Notes under the pieces: model-generated
Seen by the model: only the letters and a program-made list of their open reading frames with translations
Databases searched by the model: none
Told to the model about the DNA's origin: nothing
In this document: piece by piece, positions 53,901 through 62,468 of the stretch
Layout of the letters: each line of letters begins with the position of its first letter
Numbering within the stretch: position 1 is the first letter of the stretch
DNA from: a virus
Direction: 5' to 3' (one strand)
IMG/VR virus record: IMGVR_UViG_3300028558_000016
Location: 278,014-342,013 of that record
DNA: 64,000 bases
Program-made: the position numbers and the translations under genes

Positions 53901-54176
53901 ATGGCAACTATCATTAAAGCTGACGGCTCAGAAGAAAATCTTGTTTTGGAAAAAACAACCTCATTGAAAACATTGCAAAAAGCAGTTGGAGGTTATATCG
54001 AACTTTTACATACCAAAGATGGAAGATACATGCTCTGCAATGAAGATGGAAAAAGCATGAACCTTTCTCCAAACGAAAAAGCCACAGAGTTATGGGCTGG
54101 GCAAAACGAGATAATTCTCGGAGATGTTGTTGTCTGTGATAGAATTGAACTTGATAAAGGAGAAGGAGATGAATGA
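53901..54176 (+). CDS. Hypothetical protein
   Basis: ORF; no motif recognised. Confidence 0.4.
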   Translation: MATIIKADGSEENLVLEKTTSLKTLQKAVGGYIELLHTKDGRYMLCNEDGKSMNLSPNEKATELWAGQNEIILGDVVVCDRIELDKGEGDE

Positions 54177-54531
54177 AGAATTGACCATAAAGGAAACAAT
54201 CGTTTATGACGTTGACAAACAAAATGCAAGTGTTGTAGCTGGAGAAAAACCGAGGTCGTGGACAACATGGGAAGGCAGACGATTGACTGTTGACCAAATT
54301 GACCACCAACATTTGTCAAACATATATTGGTTCAATGTGCTATTGTATAACAGAGTTTATTTGTTCATTGTTGAAGAACTTCAAAAAAGATTTAATTCAG
54401 TTCTTCTTCCATACAGACCGGATGTCAGATTTGACAACGAGATAAGAAGCCTTGATAAAAAAGGATTCTTATATGAGGGCGGAAGGTTGATCATGTATAA
54501 CGGAGTTGTTATAGGAGAAATTAAAAAATAG
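54169..54531 (+). CDS. Hypothetical protein
   Basis: Internal ATG 54169 preceded by AAGGAG; overlaps the upstream stop by 8 nt. Confidence 0.4.
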   Translation: MNEELTIKETIVYDVDKQNASVVAGEKPRSWTTWEGRRLTVDQIDHQHLSNIYWFNVLLYNRVYLFIVEELQKRFNSVLLPYRPDVRFDNEIRSLDKKGFLYEGGRLIMYNGVVIGEIKK

Positions 54532-54535
54532 TAAA

Positions 54536-55051
54536 ATGGAAAACACATTGGTTCAATTTAATGTTAACGATCACGTTCTTGTGAAACTTCTCGATGATGG
54601 AATTATTGCTTTCATCAAACACTACAATCAATATGCTTTAAAGAAAGAAGACAAGTTGACCATCACTGAATTTGTAAAGAGAGCCGACAAGGATGGATAT
54701 TATGAAATTCAAATGCATGAATTCATGTCAGTGTTTGGAGAGCATGTTTCTAATACAATGGATTTTAGATACTTCGAGCCGAACATTTATTTCAACAAGA
54801 AAGACCTTCATCAAAAAGAAGTGAAAGCTGTTGAAGGATGGAGCGCCCAGAATTATCACGGATTTCAAGTTGATCTTCCCGATGGATATTATGAAGGAGT
54901 TTGGGGTGGCGGAGAAGTTGATATTATCAATTTGAATATTAAAGGAAGAGAATCAACTTATACATTCAAAACTTCCGTTGAAGTAAAATGTACCAATTGT
55001 CCAGTGAAAGTGACAGTCGTTAATAAAAGAGCTTACGTATACGAACCTTAA
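54536..55051 (+). CDS. Hypothetical protein
   Basis: ORF; no motif recognised. Confidence 0.4.
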   Translation: MENTLVQFNVNDHVLVKLLDDGIIAFIKHYNQYALKKEDKLTITEFVKRADKDGYYEIQMHEFMSVFGEHVSNTMDFRYFEPNIYFNKKDLHQKEVKAVEGWSAQNYHGFQVDLPDGYYEGVWGGGEVDIINLNIKGRESTYTFKTSVEVKCTNCPVKVTVVNKRAYVYEP

Positions 55052-55060
55052 AACAAGAAT

Positions 55061-55327
55061 ATGAACAAATGCTTATGTGATGGAAAAGGATGGATTAGAA
55101 TGCCTGGAACAAAGGCCCTGATTTATTGCCCTGACTGTGAAAAGCCAAGGATCCTCAAAAGAATGATAAAATCTGGAACCAAGATAGTAAGCCCTGTGTT
55201 TGGTACAGGAGAAGTGGTGGAAGATGGAAAGGCGGCAAAAAAGACCATAAAAGTGAGGTTTTCCAAGCAGGATAAAGATATTGACCTGGATAGGACAGAG
55301 GTGGCCTACGTCTATGACCAGGCTTGA
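55061..55327 (+). CDS. Small zinc-finger protein
   Basis: CLCDGKG...CPDCEKP cysteine pairs. Confidence 0.4.
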   Translation: MNKCLCDGKGWIRMPGTKALIYCPDCEKPRILKRMIKSGTKIVSPVFGTGEVVEDGKAAKKTIKVRFSKQDKDIDLDRTEVAYVYDQA

Positions 55328-55356
55328 CTTCCGGGCATTTTTTTATGTGGATAAAA

Positions 55357-55370
55357 GTTAGTATATTTGT
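55357..55370 (+). promoter_or_regulatory. Promoter, gTTAGTATATTTGt class (exact TAnnTTTG)
   Basis: Motif copy 20 nt upstream of ATG 55390. Confidence 0.5.
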
Positions 55371-55389
55371 AGTATAAAACCAACCAGAT

Positions 55390-56070
55390 ATGATACAGTA
55401 TAATGAGTTCAGATACATTTTTCCACCACGTGCGGAAAATGCTCTTTCACCTGATGCGTTGAAAGATTACGATAACGGAAAATATATTGCCCAACCAAAA
55501 CTTGATGGCGATTGCATGTTGATATTCACAAATGGAATAGAGACACGCATTATGGATCGTCACAAAAAAGAATTCTTGAAGAACATCAAGATGACTCCAA
55601 CACTTCAAAAGCTTCACAGAGAAACTGACAATGGAACAAAAAATAAATGGATGATCCTTGTTGGTGAGCACATGATCAAATCAAAAAAGAATGCCGAAGG
55701 TAAAACATGGAATGAGAAGTATGTTATTTTTGACATCATTGCTTTTGATGGAATTCAGTTAGTAGGCAAAACATTTCAGGAGAGACAAGAACTTCTCGAT
55801 AAGCTTTTTGGAAAAGAAGAAGTTGCATTGACAAAAACTGGAACATATAAGGATAAATTCCTTTATGCAACGGAAATTGAAGACGTGTTTCGCGTTAAAT
55901 CATTCCGTGATTGTTTTTCTGCTCTTTGGAGCGATTTGACAAAGATTGACATGTACGAAGGTCTCGTTATAAAAAGAGCCGATGCAAAACTTGAAAATGG
56001 AAGCACACAAAAGAACAACATAAATTCACAATTAAAATTCAGAAAGGCCACTTTAAATTATCCACATTAA
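55390..56070 (+). CDS. Minimal ATP-dependent polynucleotide ligase (nucleotidyltransferase domain only)
   Basis: Motif I AQPKLDGDCML (KxDG) and motif IV YEGLVIKRADAK. Confidence 0.5.
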   Translation: MIQYNEFRYIFPPRAENALSPDALKDYDNGKYIAQPKLDGDCMLIFTNGIETRIMDRHKKEFLKNIKMTPTLQKLHRETDNGTKNKWMILVGEHMIKSKKNAEGKTWNEKYVIFDIIAFDGIQLVGKTFQERQELLDKLFGKEEVALTKTGTYKDKFLYATEIEDVFRVKSFRDCFSALWSDLTKIDMYEGLVIKRADAKLENGSTQKNNINSQLKFRKATLNYPH

Positions 56071-56537
56071 TGAGCAAGGAAAAAACAGTAAAGGCACATG
56101 AGACGAAATTAATAACCGCAAGGGAATTATTTTCCATGTCATACGCAACGCGTGAGCTTTATACACCGGACAAAATTGAGTCCATGAAAAAGAAAATAAT
56201 CGAAAGACTCAAGCTGAAAATGTCGAGCGTTGAATTTTTCGAGAATGAAGGAATAATTTTTTATTCATCAACATTCAAGGAAGAAAAAGGTCCAAACAAA
56301 GGAGATCAATTAACCACCATCAATTATCTAAAGGATTATTCCGTAATGAGTGGTGGCGAATTATGGAAATTCGGTTACATCAACAAGAAGACAGGACAAA
56401 TAACTCTTCTTTTTGGCGGTCATTGCGTGGCCAAAGGAAGACAAGAAGCATTTAAGTATTTTGAAATAGCAAAAGTAGTAACAACCAGTAAATTTGAAAA
56501 CTCAGCAGACTTAATTCCGTTTGCTCATAAAGATTAA
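56070..56537 (+). CDS. Hypothetical protein
   Basis: ATGA junction; no motif recognised. Confidence 0.4.
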   Translation: MSKEKTVKAHETKLITARELFSMSYATRELYTPDKIESMKKKIIERLKLKMSSVEFFENEGIIFYSSTFKEEKGPNKGDQLTTINYLKDYSVMSGGELWKFGYINKKTGQITLLFGGHCVAKGRQEAFKYFEIAKVVTTSKFENSADLIPFAHKD

Positions 56538-56541
56538 AACC

Positions 56542-56928
56542 ATGAAAAAACTTTTATTCATTCCGTTAATTTTCCTTTTCGCATGTGGAAAGGAAGTAGT
56601 CCTAAACAAGGATTTCATCACCATCGACAACATTGAAAAGAACGATGATAATTCCTTTGAAATAAGCTTGAAAGCTCCGGCTGAAAGCGGAGGTTCAATG
56701 CCTGATGTCCATTTCACTTCCAAATTCAGATTTCAAGCCGGTGATACTCTTTGGTCGAGATACCAATTGAAAGAGTATAACATTGACAAAATAACTCAAG
56801 CCAATATTGAAAATGCTTCTTTGAAAGATTCTTTACAGAAGATAAACATGCTTCTTAAAAAAGCTGAATTGGAAAATGAGCTTTTAAAAGATCATTACTT
56901 TTCAACATTACAACCAGCATCAAAATAA
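56542..56928 (+). CDS. Lipoprotein
   Basis: MKKLLFIPLIFLFACGKE signal peptide with lipobox Cys; the track start 56521 is upstream of this ATG. Confidence 0.5.
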   Translation: MKKLLFIPLIFLFACGKEVVLNKDFITIDNIEKNDDNSFEISLKAPAESGGSMPDVHFTSKFRFQAGDTLWSRYQLKEYNIDKITQANIENASLKDSLQKINMLLKKAELENELLKDHYFSTLQPASK

Positions 56929-56929
56929 T

Positions 56930-57148
56930 ATGAAACATAAAATCAAATCAATCAAAGAAAAAGTTCCTCAATTAACTACATTGCCAGACGGCCTTTATAA
57001 TGGAGTTTGGGGCGGATATGTTATAGAAGTTAAGTACAAAGACAAAACTTTTGAATTAGAAACAGAAGAAGGGGTAAGAGGTATGGACATAAAAGTTGTT
57101 GTTGAAGTTAAAGATGGTGTTCCATCATTCGATGAAGTCAATTCTTAA
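56930..57148 (+). CDS. Hypothetical protein
   Basis: ORF; no motif recognised. Confidence 0.35.
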   Translation: MKHKIKSIKEKVPQLTTLPDGLYNGVWGGYVIEVKYKDKTFELETEEGVRGMDIKVVVEVKDGVPSFDEVNS

Positions 57149-57159
57149 TTCTTAAAAAC

Positions 57160-57840
57160 ATGTTTGATCAATTACAAGAATTTTTATATGTCATTGTAGC
57201 TTGCATTTCAGCCTACATCATTTATCAAGTATATCAGTTTAGAAAACTCCTTTTATTAGCAGGAGTTTTCGCTGTTTTAGGATATATCGGTTACTTGATA
57301 TATGGTCAACGAATGTTGACAAATGAAGTGGCACAAAAGACCACTGAAATAAAAGAGAAATCGAATGAACTCCAACAAATAAAAAAGACGCTTGCGGAAG
57401 AAGATTTTAATAACACAAGATCGCTTGGTTATCGTTTAAACAATCCTGGAAACATACGCAAATCTTCGACAACATTTAAAGGCGAGGTGGAAAGTCCTGA
57501 AGCTTTCAAGCAATTCAAATCTATGAAGTATGGATTTAGAGCCATGACATCCTTGCTCCACACCTACATAAATAGCGGTTTCAATACAGTGGAAACAATA
57601 TTAAACAGGTATGCGCCATCGAGCGATGGAAATAATCCTGTGAATTATACAAAGTCAGTTATTAAATTAGCCAATGTTCGTCCAGACCAGGCTCTATCAA
57701 CTCCTGATTTTAAAAATGGAAATATGCTCAACATCATGTATGCTATGACGAGAGTTGAACAAGGATATTCTCCTAACATTCATGATCTCCATGAGGGTTA
57801 CATGATGTATGTGAGAGAAATTAATTTACAAGTAGAATAA
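57160..57840 (+). CDS. Membrane-anchored protein with conserved NNPGNIR motif
   Basis: Two N-terminal TM helices then a globular domain (GYRLNNPGNIRKS). Confidence 0.4.
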   Translation: MFDQLQEFLYVIVACISAYIIYQVYQFRKLLLLAGVFAVLGYIGYLIYGQRMLTNEVAQKTTEIKEKSNELQQIKKTLAEEDFNNTRSLGYRLNNPGNIRKSSTTFKGEVESPEAFKQFKSMKYGFRAMTSLLHTYINSGFNTVETILNRYAPSSDGNNPVNYTKSVIKLANVRPDQALSTPDFKNGNMLNIMYAMTRVEQGYSPNIHDLHEGYMMYVREINLQVE

Positions 57841-58160
57841 TGGAAAGAATAATAATACCAGAAAAAGATTTCAACAAGCTTACAAAAGATGAGCTCATGA
57901 ATTGTTTTGCATTAGTAACACATGATGGCTCAGACCAATATGTTTCAGGATGGAAAGTAATCATTGATGATTGCATGCAAGAAGCACGTGAAACAAAATC
58001 TAACGCAGAAGCCACAAAATTTATAGCTGCTCGAACAAATTTACAGTTGCTTGATAAGTACTATGAGCAAAATTCAGATCTTAATGGAAATAATCACGAA
58101 TTGTTATTGGCCAAAATAATTAAAGGAATTCCTAAACTGTACGTAATACAAATCGACTAA
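57840..58160 (+). CDS. Hypothetical protein
   Basis: ATGA junction. Confidence 0.4.
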   Translation: MERIIIPEKDFNKLTKDELMNCFALVTHDGSDQYVSGWKVIIDDCMQEARETKSNAEATKFIAARTNLQLLDKYYEQNSDLNGNNHELLLAKIIKGIPKLYVIQID

Positions 58161-59246
58161 ATGAAAATAGAAGCCGGAAGTAAAGCAAAAATCTATTGCC
58201 TATCTGACAAACCAGAAGGTGAAATAATTTCAGTGACGGACACCACAGCAGTAATTAAGATTGACCGTGGAGTTCTAACTGTTGACATGGATGACATCGT
58301 GGAAGGCGATGAATTCCTAAAAGTATTAAACTACAGATCCATAGAGGAAGAAAAGAATGAGCCTGAACCTAACAGTCCAGAAAAATTCGCAGATGACATG
58401 ATGGCAACTGTACAAGCCTTGAAGGAAGATGACAAAGACATTTATAAGTTGTTCATGCACTTCATAAGAACTTCTGACACTGTAAAGAAAGATGGAATAA
58501 TATTTCCTCTGCCATGCATATTTGAAATGCCATCAGGAAAAACCCTCGAAGGACTCGAAGATAAAATTAACACAAAGGCCACGATCGCGATGGCTGGATT
58601 GGCTTTACCTGTTCCACAGGTTTATGCTTCTGCTTCAGGCATAATTAAAAAGGAAAATCCGAAGGAAATAATATTTGCCACATTCATTGAAAATAAATTG
58701 TCTGAAGGAAAAATAGATCCAAAATATTACAGAGTTCTTTGCATATTCAGGATGAAAAGAAATAAGTGGATGTATGGCGTCATGGGATATAACACAAAAG
58801 AAGATCTCGTAAATCAAGAGCCTGATTGGAAGAACGAAGCATGGATCGAAAAGATGAAAGCTCTTCTTGGTTCAGGTGGTGCAATTCCTATTCCAGAAAA
58901 AGTTGGAACTGCGTATGGCAACAAGATCGACATAAAGATTTGGAGAGAGAACAGCCAAGGTTATTTTTATGAAGGAGATGTCGTTCTGGAAAAGCTCGAT
59001 AAGAAGACTCAGAAGTATGTAAAGGAAAATAACCTCGATCTTAAATTCAGTGATCCGGATAACAGAACTAAGATAATGGATTTCTTCAAGAGCAAAGACA
59101 TGACACTTGATTTCATGGACACTGGGACTGGTTCATTCGTTAACCTTATGGTATCAAACAAAGGATTCATGTTCATGGACAGAAGAAGTAAAACAAGAGC
59201 AATCCTCGAAGCAATAGAAGCAGTAGCAAACGAAAAGAAAAAGTAA
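58161..59246 (+). CDS. Hypothetical protein (361 aa)
   Basis: ORF; no motif recognised. Confidence 0.45.
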   Translation: MKIEAGSKAKIYCLSDKPEGEIISVTDTTAVIKIDRGVLTVDMDDIVEGDEFLKVLNYRSIEEEKNEPEPNSPEKFADDMMATVQALKEDDKDIYKLFMHFIRTSDTVKKDGIIFPLPCIFEMPSGKTLEGLEDKINTKATIAMAGLALPVPQVYASASGIIKKENPKEIIFATFIENKLSEGKIDPKYYRVLCIFRMKRNKWMYGVMGYNTKEDLVNQEPDWKNEAWIEKMKALLGSGGAIPIPEKVGTAYGNKIDIKIWRENSQGYFYEGDVVLEKLDKKTQKYVKENNLDLKFSDPDNRTKIMDFFKSKDMTLDFMDTGTGSFVNLMVSNKGFMFMDRRSKTRAILEAIEAVANEKKK

Positions 59247-59247
59247 T

Positions 59248-59562
59248 ATGAAAACAATAGTAGTAAAAGTTGAAGTAAAAACCGACAGGGTACAGGACTT
59301 CATAGATGCAACAATTGAAAGTCAAACAGCAACAACAAAAGAACCTCGTTGTTTGTCTTACACAATTTTGCAAGACGAAAAAGAGAAACACAAATTCACT
59401 TTGGTGGAAACTTACAAGAACGATGCGGCCATAGAAGAACACAAGGCAACACCTCATTTTTTAAAGTGGAGAGAAGTGGTTCAGGAAATGATGGCATGTC
59501 CGAGAGTGAGTTCTAAACACGATTTCATTGATTGGAAGAACAGCTCAGTAGAAACACTGTAA
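59248..59562 (+). CDS. ABM-domain (antibiotic biosynthesis monooxygenase-like) protein
   Basis: CLSYTILQDE...YKNDAAIEEHKATPHFLKW follows the ABM/Dabb pattern. Confidence 0.45.
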   Translation: MKTIVVKVEVKTDRVQDFIDATIESQTATTKEPRCLSYTILQDEKEKHKFTLVETYKNDAAIEEHKATPHFLKWREVVQEMMACPRVSSKHDFIDWKNSSVETL

Positions 59563-59563
59563 C

Positions 59564-59583
59564 TTGTTGATTATCAATAGATT
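59564..59583. promoter_or_regulatory. Palindromic operator-like site TTGATTATCAA
   Basis: cttgTTGATTATCAAtagatt, about 40 bp upstream of the promoter box. Confidence 0.5.
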
Positions 59584-59617
59584 AGAATTGAATAAGCATT
59601 TTTAAATGTGATGGAAA

Positions 59618-59631
59618 TTTAGTAATTTTAC
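59618..59631 (+). promoter_or_regulatory. Promoter, TTTAGTAATTTTAC class
   Basis: Motif copy 25 nt upstream of ATG 59656. Confidence 0.5.
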
Positions 59632-59655
59632 TATGTAAATCAATAACAAACCAAC

Positions 59656-60270
59656 ATGGCCAAAGTAAAAGAAGTTGCTCCTAAAAAGGACGAGAAAAAA
59701 GTAAAAGTAGCAGAAACTAAAAAAGTTGAAGCTAAAAAAGCAGTTGAAAAACCTGCAAGCGAAATGACCTTTGAAGAAAAGGTTGCAAAGAACGAAGAAT
59801 TCCAAGCAAAAAAACGCGAAATAAAAACCCGTATTGAAGCTGCTAAAAAAATAGAAAACGATGTTACTGTTTTTGAAATAAGCTTGAAACAAGTTCAGAA
59901 TGAAGAAAGAAAATGGTTAGAGAGTTTTGCCAAGATGCTTGAACCTGAAATCAAGAAAAACGGTTTCATTTATAAGTTGTTCAAACGTGGAGAAAAAACT
60001 TTGATCTACGCACAACACGATAAACGTGATGCTGAAGATGGTGGTGGAATTAGCGAAACACCAATTGCTTACGAAGTTTTCTTAAGCAAGATTTCTCCTC
60101 CAAAAATTGCATTCAAAAAACCATACGACGCATACGAGATGTTTCCTGGAAATGGCGTGTTTGGAATTTGGGCATGGACATGTTCAACAATCGAAAGAGC
60201 TGAAGAACGTTTCACCAACCTTGAAAAAGGTGACATCGCAGAAAGCGAAGCTGATAGCGATGAAGAATAA
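59656..60270 (+). CDS. Hypothetical protein with histone-H1-like Lys/Ala-rich N-terminus
   Basis: AKVKEVAPKKDEKKVKVAETKKVEAKKAVEKPA low-complexity basic region. Confidence 0.45.
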   Translation: MAKVKEVAPKKDEKKVKVAETKKVEAKKAVEKPASEMTFEEKVAKNEEFQAKKREIKTRIEAAKKIENDVTVFEISLKQVQNEERKWLESFAKMLEPEIKKNGFIYKLFKRGEKTLIYAQHDKRDAEDGGGISETPIAYEVFLSKISPPKIAFKKPYDAYEMFPGNGVFGIWAWTCSTIERAEERFTNLEKGDIAESEADSDEE

Positions 60271-60313
60271 TTGAGTGGATGACCGGGAAGTTTTACTTGC
60301 TGGGCTCAAACTG

Positions 60314-60342
60314 AAAGCCTGAAAGAAATTTCAGGCTTTTTT
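60314..60342 (+). terminator. Rho-independent terminator
   Basis: AGCCTGAAAgaaaTTTCAGGCT 9-bp stem followed by ttttttt. Confidence 0.7.
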
Positions 60343-60344
60343 GT

Positions 60345-60352
60345 TATATTTG
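60345..60352 (+). promoter_or_regulatory. Promoter -7 box TATATTTG (TATATTTGCACTGAT), near-leaderless
   Basis: Exact consensus 5 nt upstream of ATG 60358; the 15-mer is identical to the site at 42221. Confidence 0.5.
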
Positions 60353-60357
60353 CACTG

Positions 60358-60600
60358 ATGAGAAGAAGAAAAAAGAAAATACCAATCACAAATGATCTTG
60401 ACCTTCATGGCATAAAACACCGTGACGTTGAACTCATTGTTGAGGACCATGTTCTTCTACACAAACCTCCTTTTAAGATAATCACAGGTCATTCTACGAC
60501 CATGAAGAAGCTCACCACAGATGTTCTTGAAAAACATCAATACAAATACCAGGATGGTGTTTTAAACAACCTCGGATGCATCCTCGTCATATCTGAATAG
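60358..60600 (+). CDS. Smr-domain protein (small MutS-related nuclease domain)
   Basis: LDLHGIKHRDVELIVEDHVL....IITGHS fits the Smr consensus LDLHG...IIHGKG. Confidence 0.55.
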   Translation: MRRRKKKIPITNDLDLHGIKHRDVELIVEDHVLLHKPPFKIITGHSTTMKKLTTDVLEKHQYKYQDGVLNNLGCILVISE

Positions 60601-60646
60601 AAACTTCATCGTCTGTCATTCATATAAGTAGTAAATCATTTCAATT

Positions 60647-61891
60647 ATGATAAACATACTTATCGACGGCAATTTTATAAGTTTTTCTGAATTCTCATTG
60701 TTCTGCAATTATGGAAAAACAAAAGATCCCTTAAAGAAAGAAAGGGATCAAGTGGCATTCATCCAAGGATTATCAAACAGATTATTCTACATTCTAAACG
60801 GTCTTCCCAAAGGTGGAAGAGTCGTGTTCTGTCTTGACTCGAGATCTTGGAGAAAAGATTTCATGGACAAATACAAAGAGAGCAGGGAAGATGCTAATGG
60901 AAATAAGGGCATCATGGACACAGACACCAAGCAGATCTTTTATAGTCTTCTCGCTGAATTCGGCGAGGTGCTTCAAAAAGCTGGAATAATTTCTTCAAAG
61001 GTACAAGGTGCTGAAGGTGATGACTTGCTTTTCAAATGGGCAAAGTTCTTCAATGACAGAGGAGAAAATTGCATCGTAATATCCGGTGACAAGGACATGA
61101 CTCAAACAGTCGTTGGCCCAGAAGAACCTTGGACAGTAGTTTGGTCAAACAAATCAAACAACAACAAATTATATTCCATGCCAGGTTGGCAAGACACTAT
61201 TGAACAAACAACAAGCAACACGATATTCGAGTTTGACATGGCTGGAGACAATGATTCTCTTTCAAGAATGATAAGAGACTCAGGAGCAGCGATGCAAGTC
61301 ATGGACACAGACTTTTATATTTTGCACAAGATCTTAATTGGTGATGATGGTGATGATGTGCCTTCTTCTTGGAAGGTCAAAACCACTACAGCAAAGGGAG
61401 AAGAAAAATGGGTGAGAGTTACAGACGGAAAAGCCAAAAAAATCATCGATGTCATAACAGCTCCTAACGTTGATCAATCCCTTAGCGCAAGGGAATGGTT
61501 GGATGTTATTTTAAAGTCCATCAATCCACAAGCAAAATCAATTTTACCCTATTTCAATGCTGGTCTTTCTGTTGACAAGAGAATGGATGAAATTGCTGGA
61601 ACTCTTTTAAGAGTCATGGGAGATGTCGATGATAAGGAATTAAGAAAACAAGTCATAGAAAACATAAAGAGGAATGCAAAGCTCGTTTGGCTGAAAGATG
61701 AGATGCTTCCTTTTAATGTCAACGAGATGATAAACGATAATATTGATAAATCAATAAATGAAGTACCAGCTCCTAACAGAACAAAATGGAATAAGATGGC
61801 ACTTCTTGATGGATCAAGATTTGGAAAGGTAAAGATAGCACCGAGAGGATTTGATCCTTTCAGCCTGATAAATTTGCCTGATGAAGATTAA
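60647..61891 (+). CDS. 5'-3' exonuclease / flap endonuclease (T4 RNase H / T5 D15-like)
   Basis: N-terminal ILIDGN, GAEGDDLLFKWAKFF and IVISGDKDMTQ are PIN-like 5'-nuclease metal-site motifs. Confidence 0.7.
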   Translation: MINILIDGNFISFSEFSLFCNYGKTKDPLKKERDQVAFIQGLSNRLFYILNGLPKGGRVVFCLDSRSWRKDFMDKYKESREDANGNKGIMDTDTKQIFYSLLAEFGEVLQKAGIISSKVQGAEGDDLLFKWAKFFNDRGENCIVISGDKDMTQTVVGPEEPWTVVWSNKSNNNKLYSMPGWQDTIEQTTSNTIFEFDMAGDNDSLSRMIRDSGAAMQVMDTDFYILHKILIGDDGDDVPSSWKVKTTTAKGEEKWVRVTDGKAKKIIDVITAPNVDQSLSAREWLDVILKSINPQAKSILPYFNAGLSVDKRMDEIAGTLLRVMGDVDDKELRKQVIENIKRNAKLVWLKDEMLPFNVNEMINDNIDKSINEVPAPNRTKWNKMALLDGSRFGKVKIAPRGFDPFSLINLPDED

Positions 61892-61976
61892 AAGTTAATA
61901 TGTTGTTAAGAACAGCAAAAAATGATTATATTAGCTTGTGTTGATAAACTGATGTTTAACAAAAAATCAAAAACAA

Positions 61977-62243
61977 ATGAGTAAAAAAAGCAGCTCTTCA
62001 AAGAAGAGCAACAGCTCTAAAAAGAGCAAGACTGATGTTACCGCATTAGGAACATTAACCAGAAGCACGGACAGAAGTAAATTCACTGAAAACACATGGG
62101 TTGTTTTTAGAGGTCCATCTGGAGAAAGAAAACCAATGTTGTTCAGCGGAAAATTAAGCCGTGACAGAGTACGTGGCGCTTATGCCAAGATCACTGGAAC
62201 GTCTCACGATCGCACAAGATCAAGGAGATTGAGAAATTACTAA
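61977..62243 (+). CDS. Small basic protein (Ser/Lys/Arg-rich)
   Basis: MSKKSSSSKKSNSSKKSKTD...; possible nucleic-acid-binding or internal virion protein. Confidence 0.4.
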   Translation: MSKKSSSSKKSNSSKKSKTDVTALGTLTRSTDRSKFTENTWVVFRGPSGERKPMLFSGKLSRDRVRGAYAKITGTSHDRTRSRRLRNY

Positions 62244-62378
62244 GAAATAGGGGAAAGTGAAACGGTTGGAACTCGACTAAGGAGTGGTGTTGAAACTCCT
62301 GTGCAACCAGGATGACCGTTGCCTTCGCAAGAAGTTTAATTGAAGACACCTTATAGATCTTTCCCGCCAATTGGAAAA

Positions 62379-62410
62379 GCTTGCAGAAATGCAGGCTTTT
62401 TTTATTTATT
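62379..62410 (+). terminator. Rho-independent terminator
   Basis: GCTTGCagaaatGCAGGC (one G-U pair) followed by tttttttattt. Confidence 0.5.
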
Positions 62411-62468
62411 TTTATTACAAGGAAGTCATTCCGGGTTTGAATATATACAAAAACAAACTCAGCCTGTA

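Noticed and set aside
57160-57840. Considered calling ORF 57160..57840 an endolysin or muramidase based on the NNPGNIR motif and N-terminal membrane anchor.
   Set aside because: The motif memory is vague and no catalytic signature of a known muralytic fold could be identified from the sequence alone.
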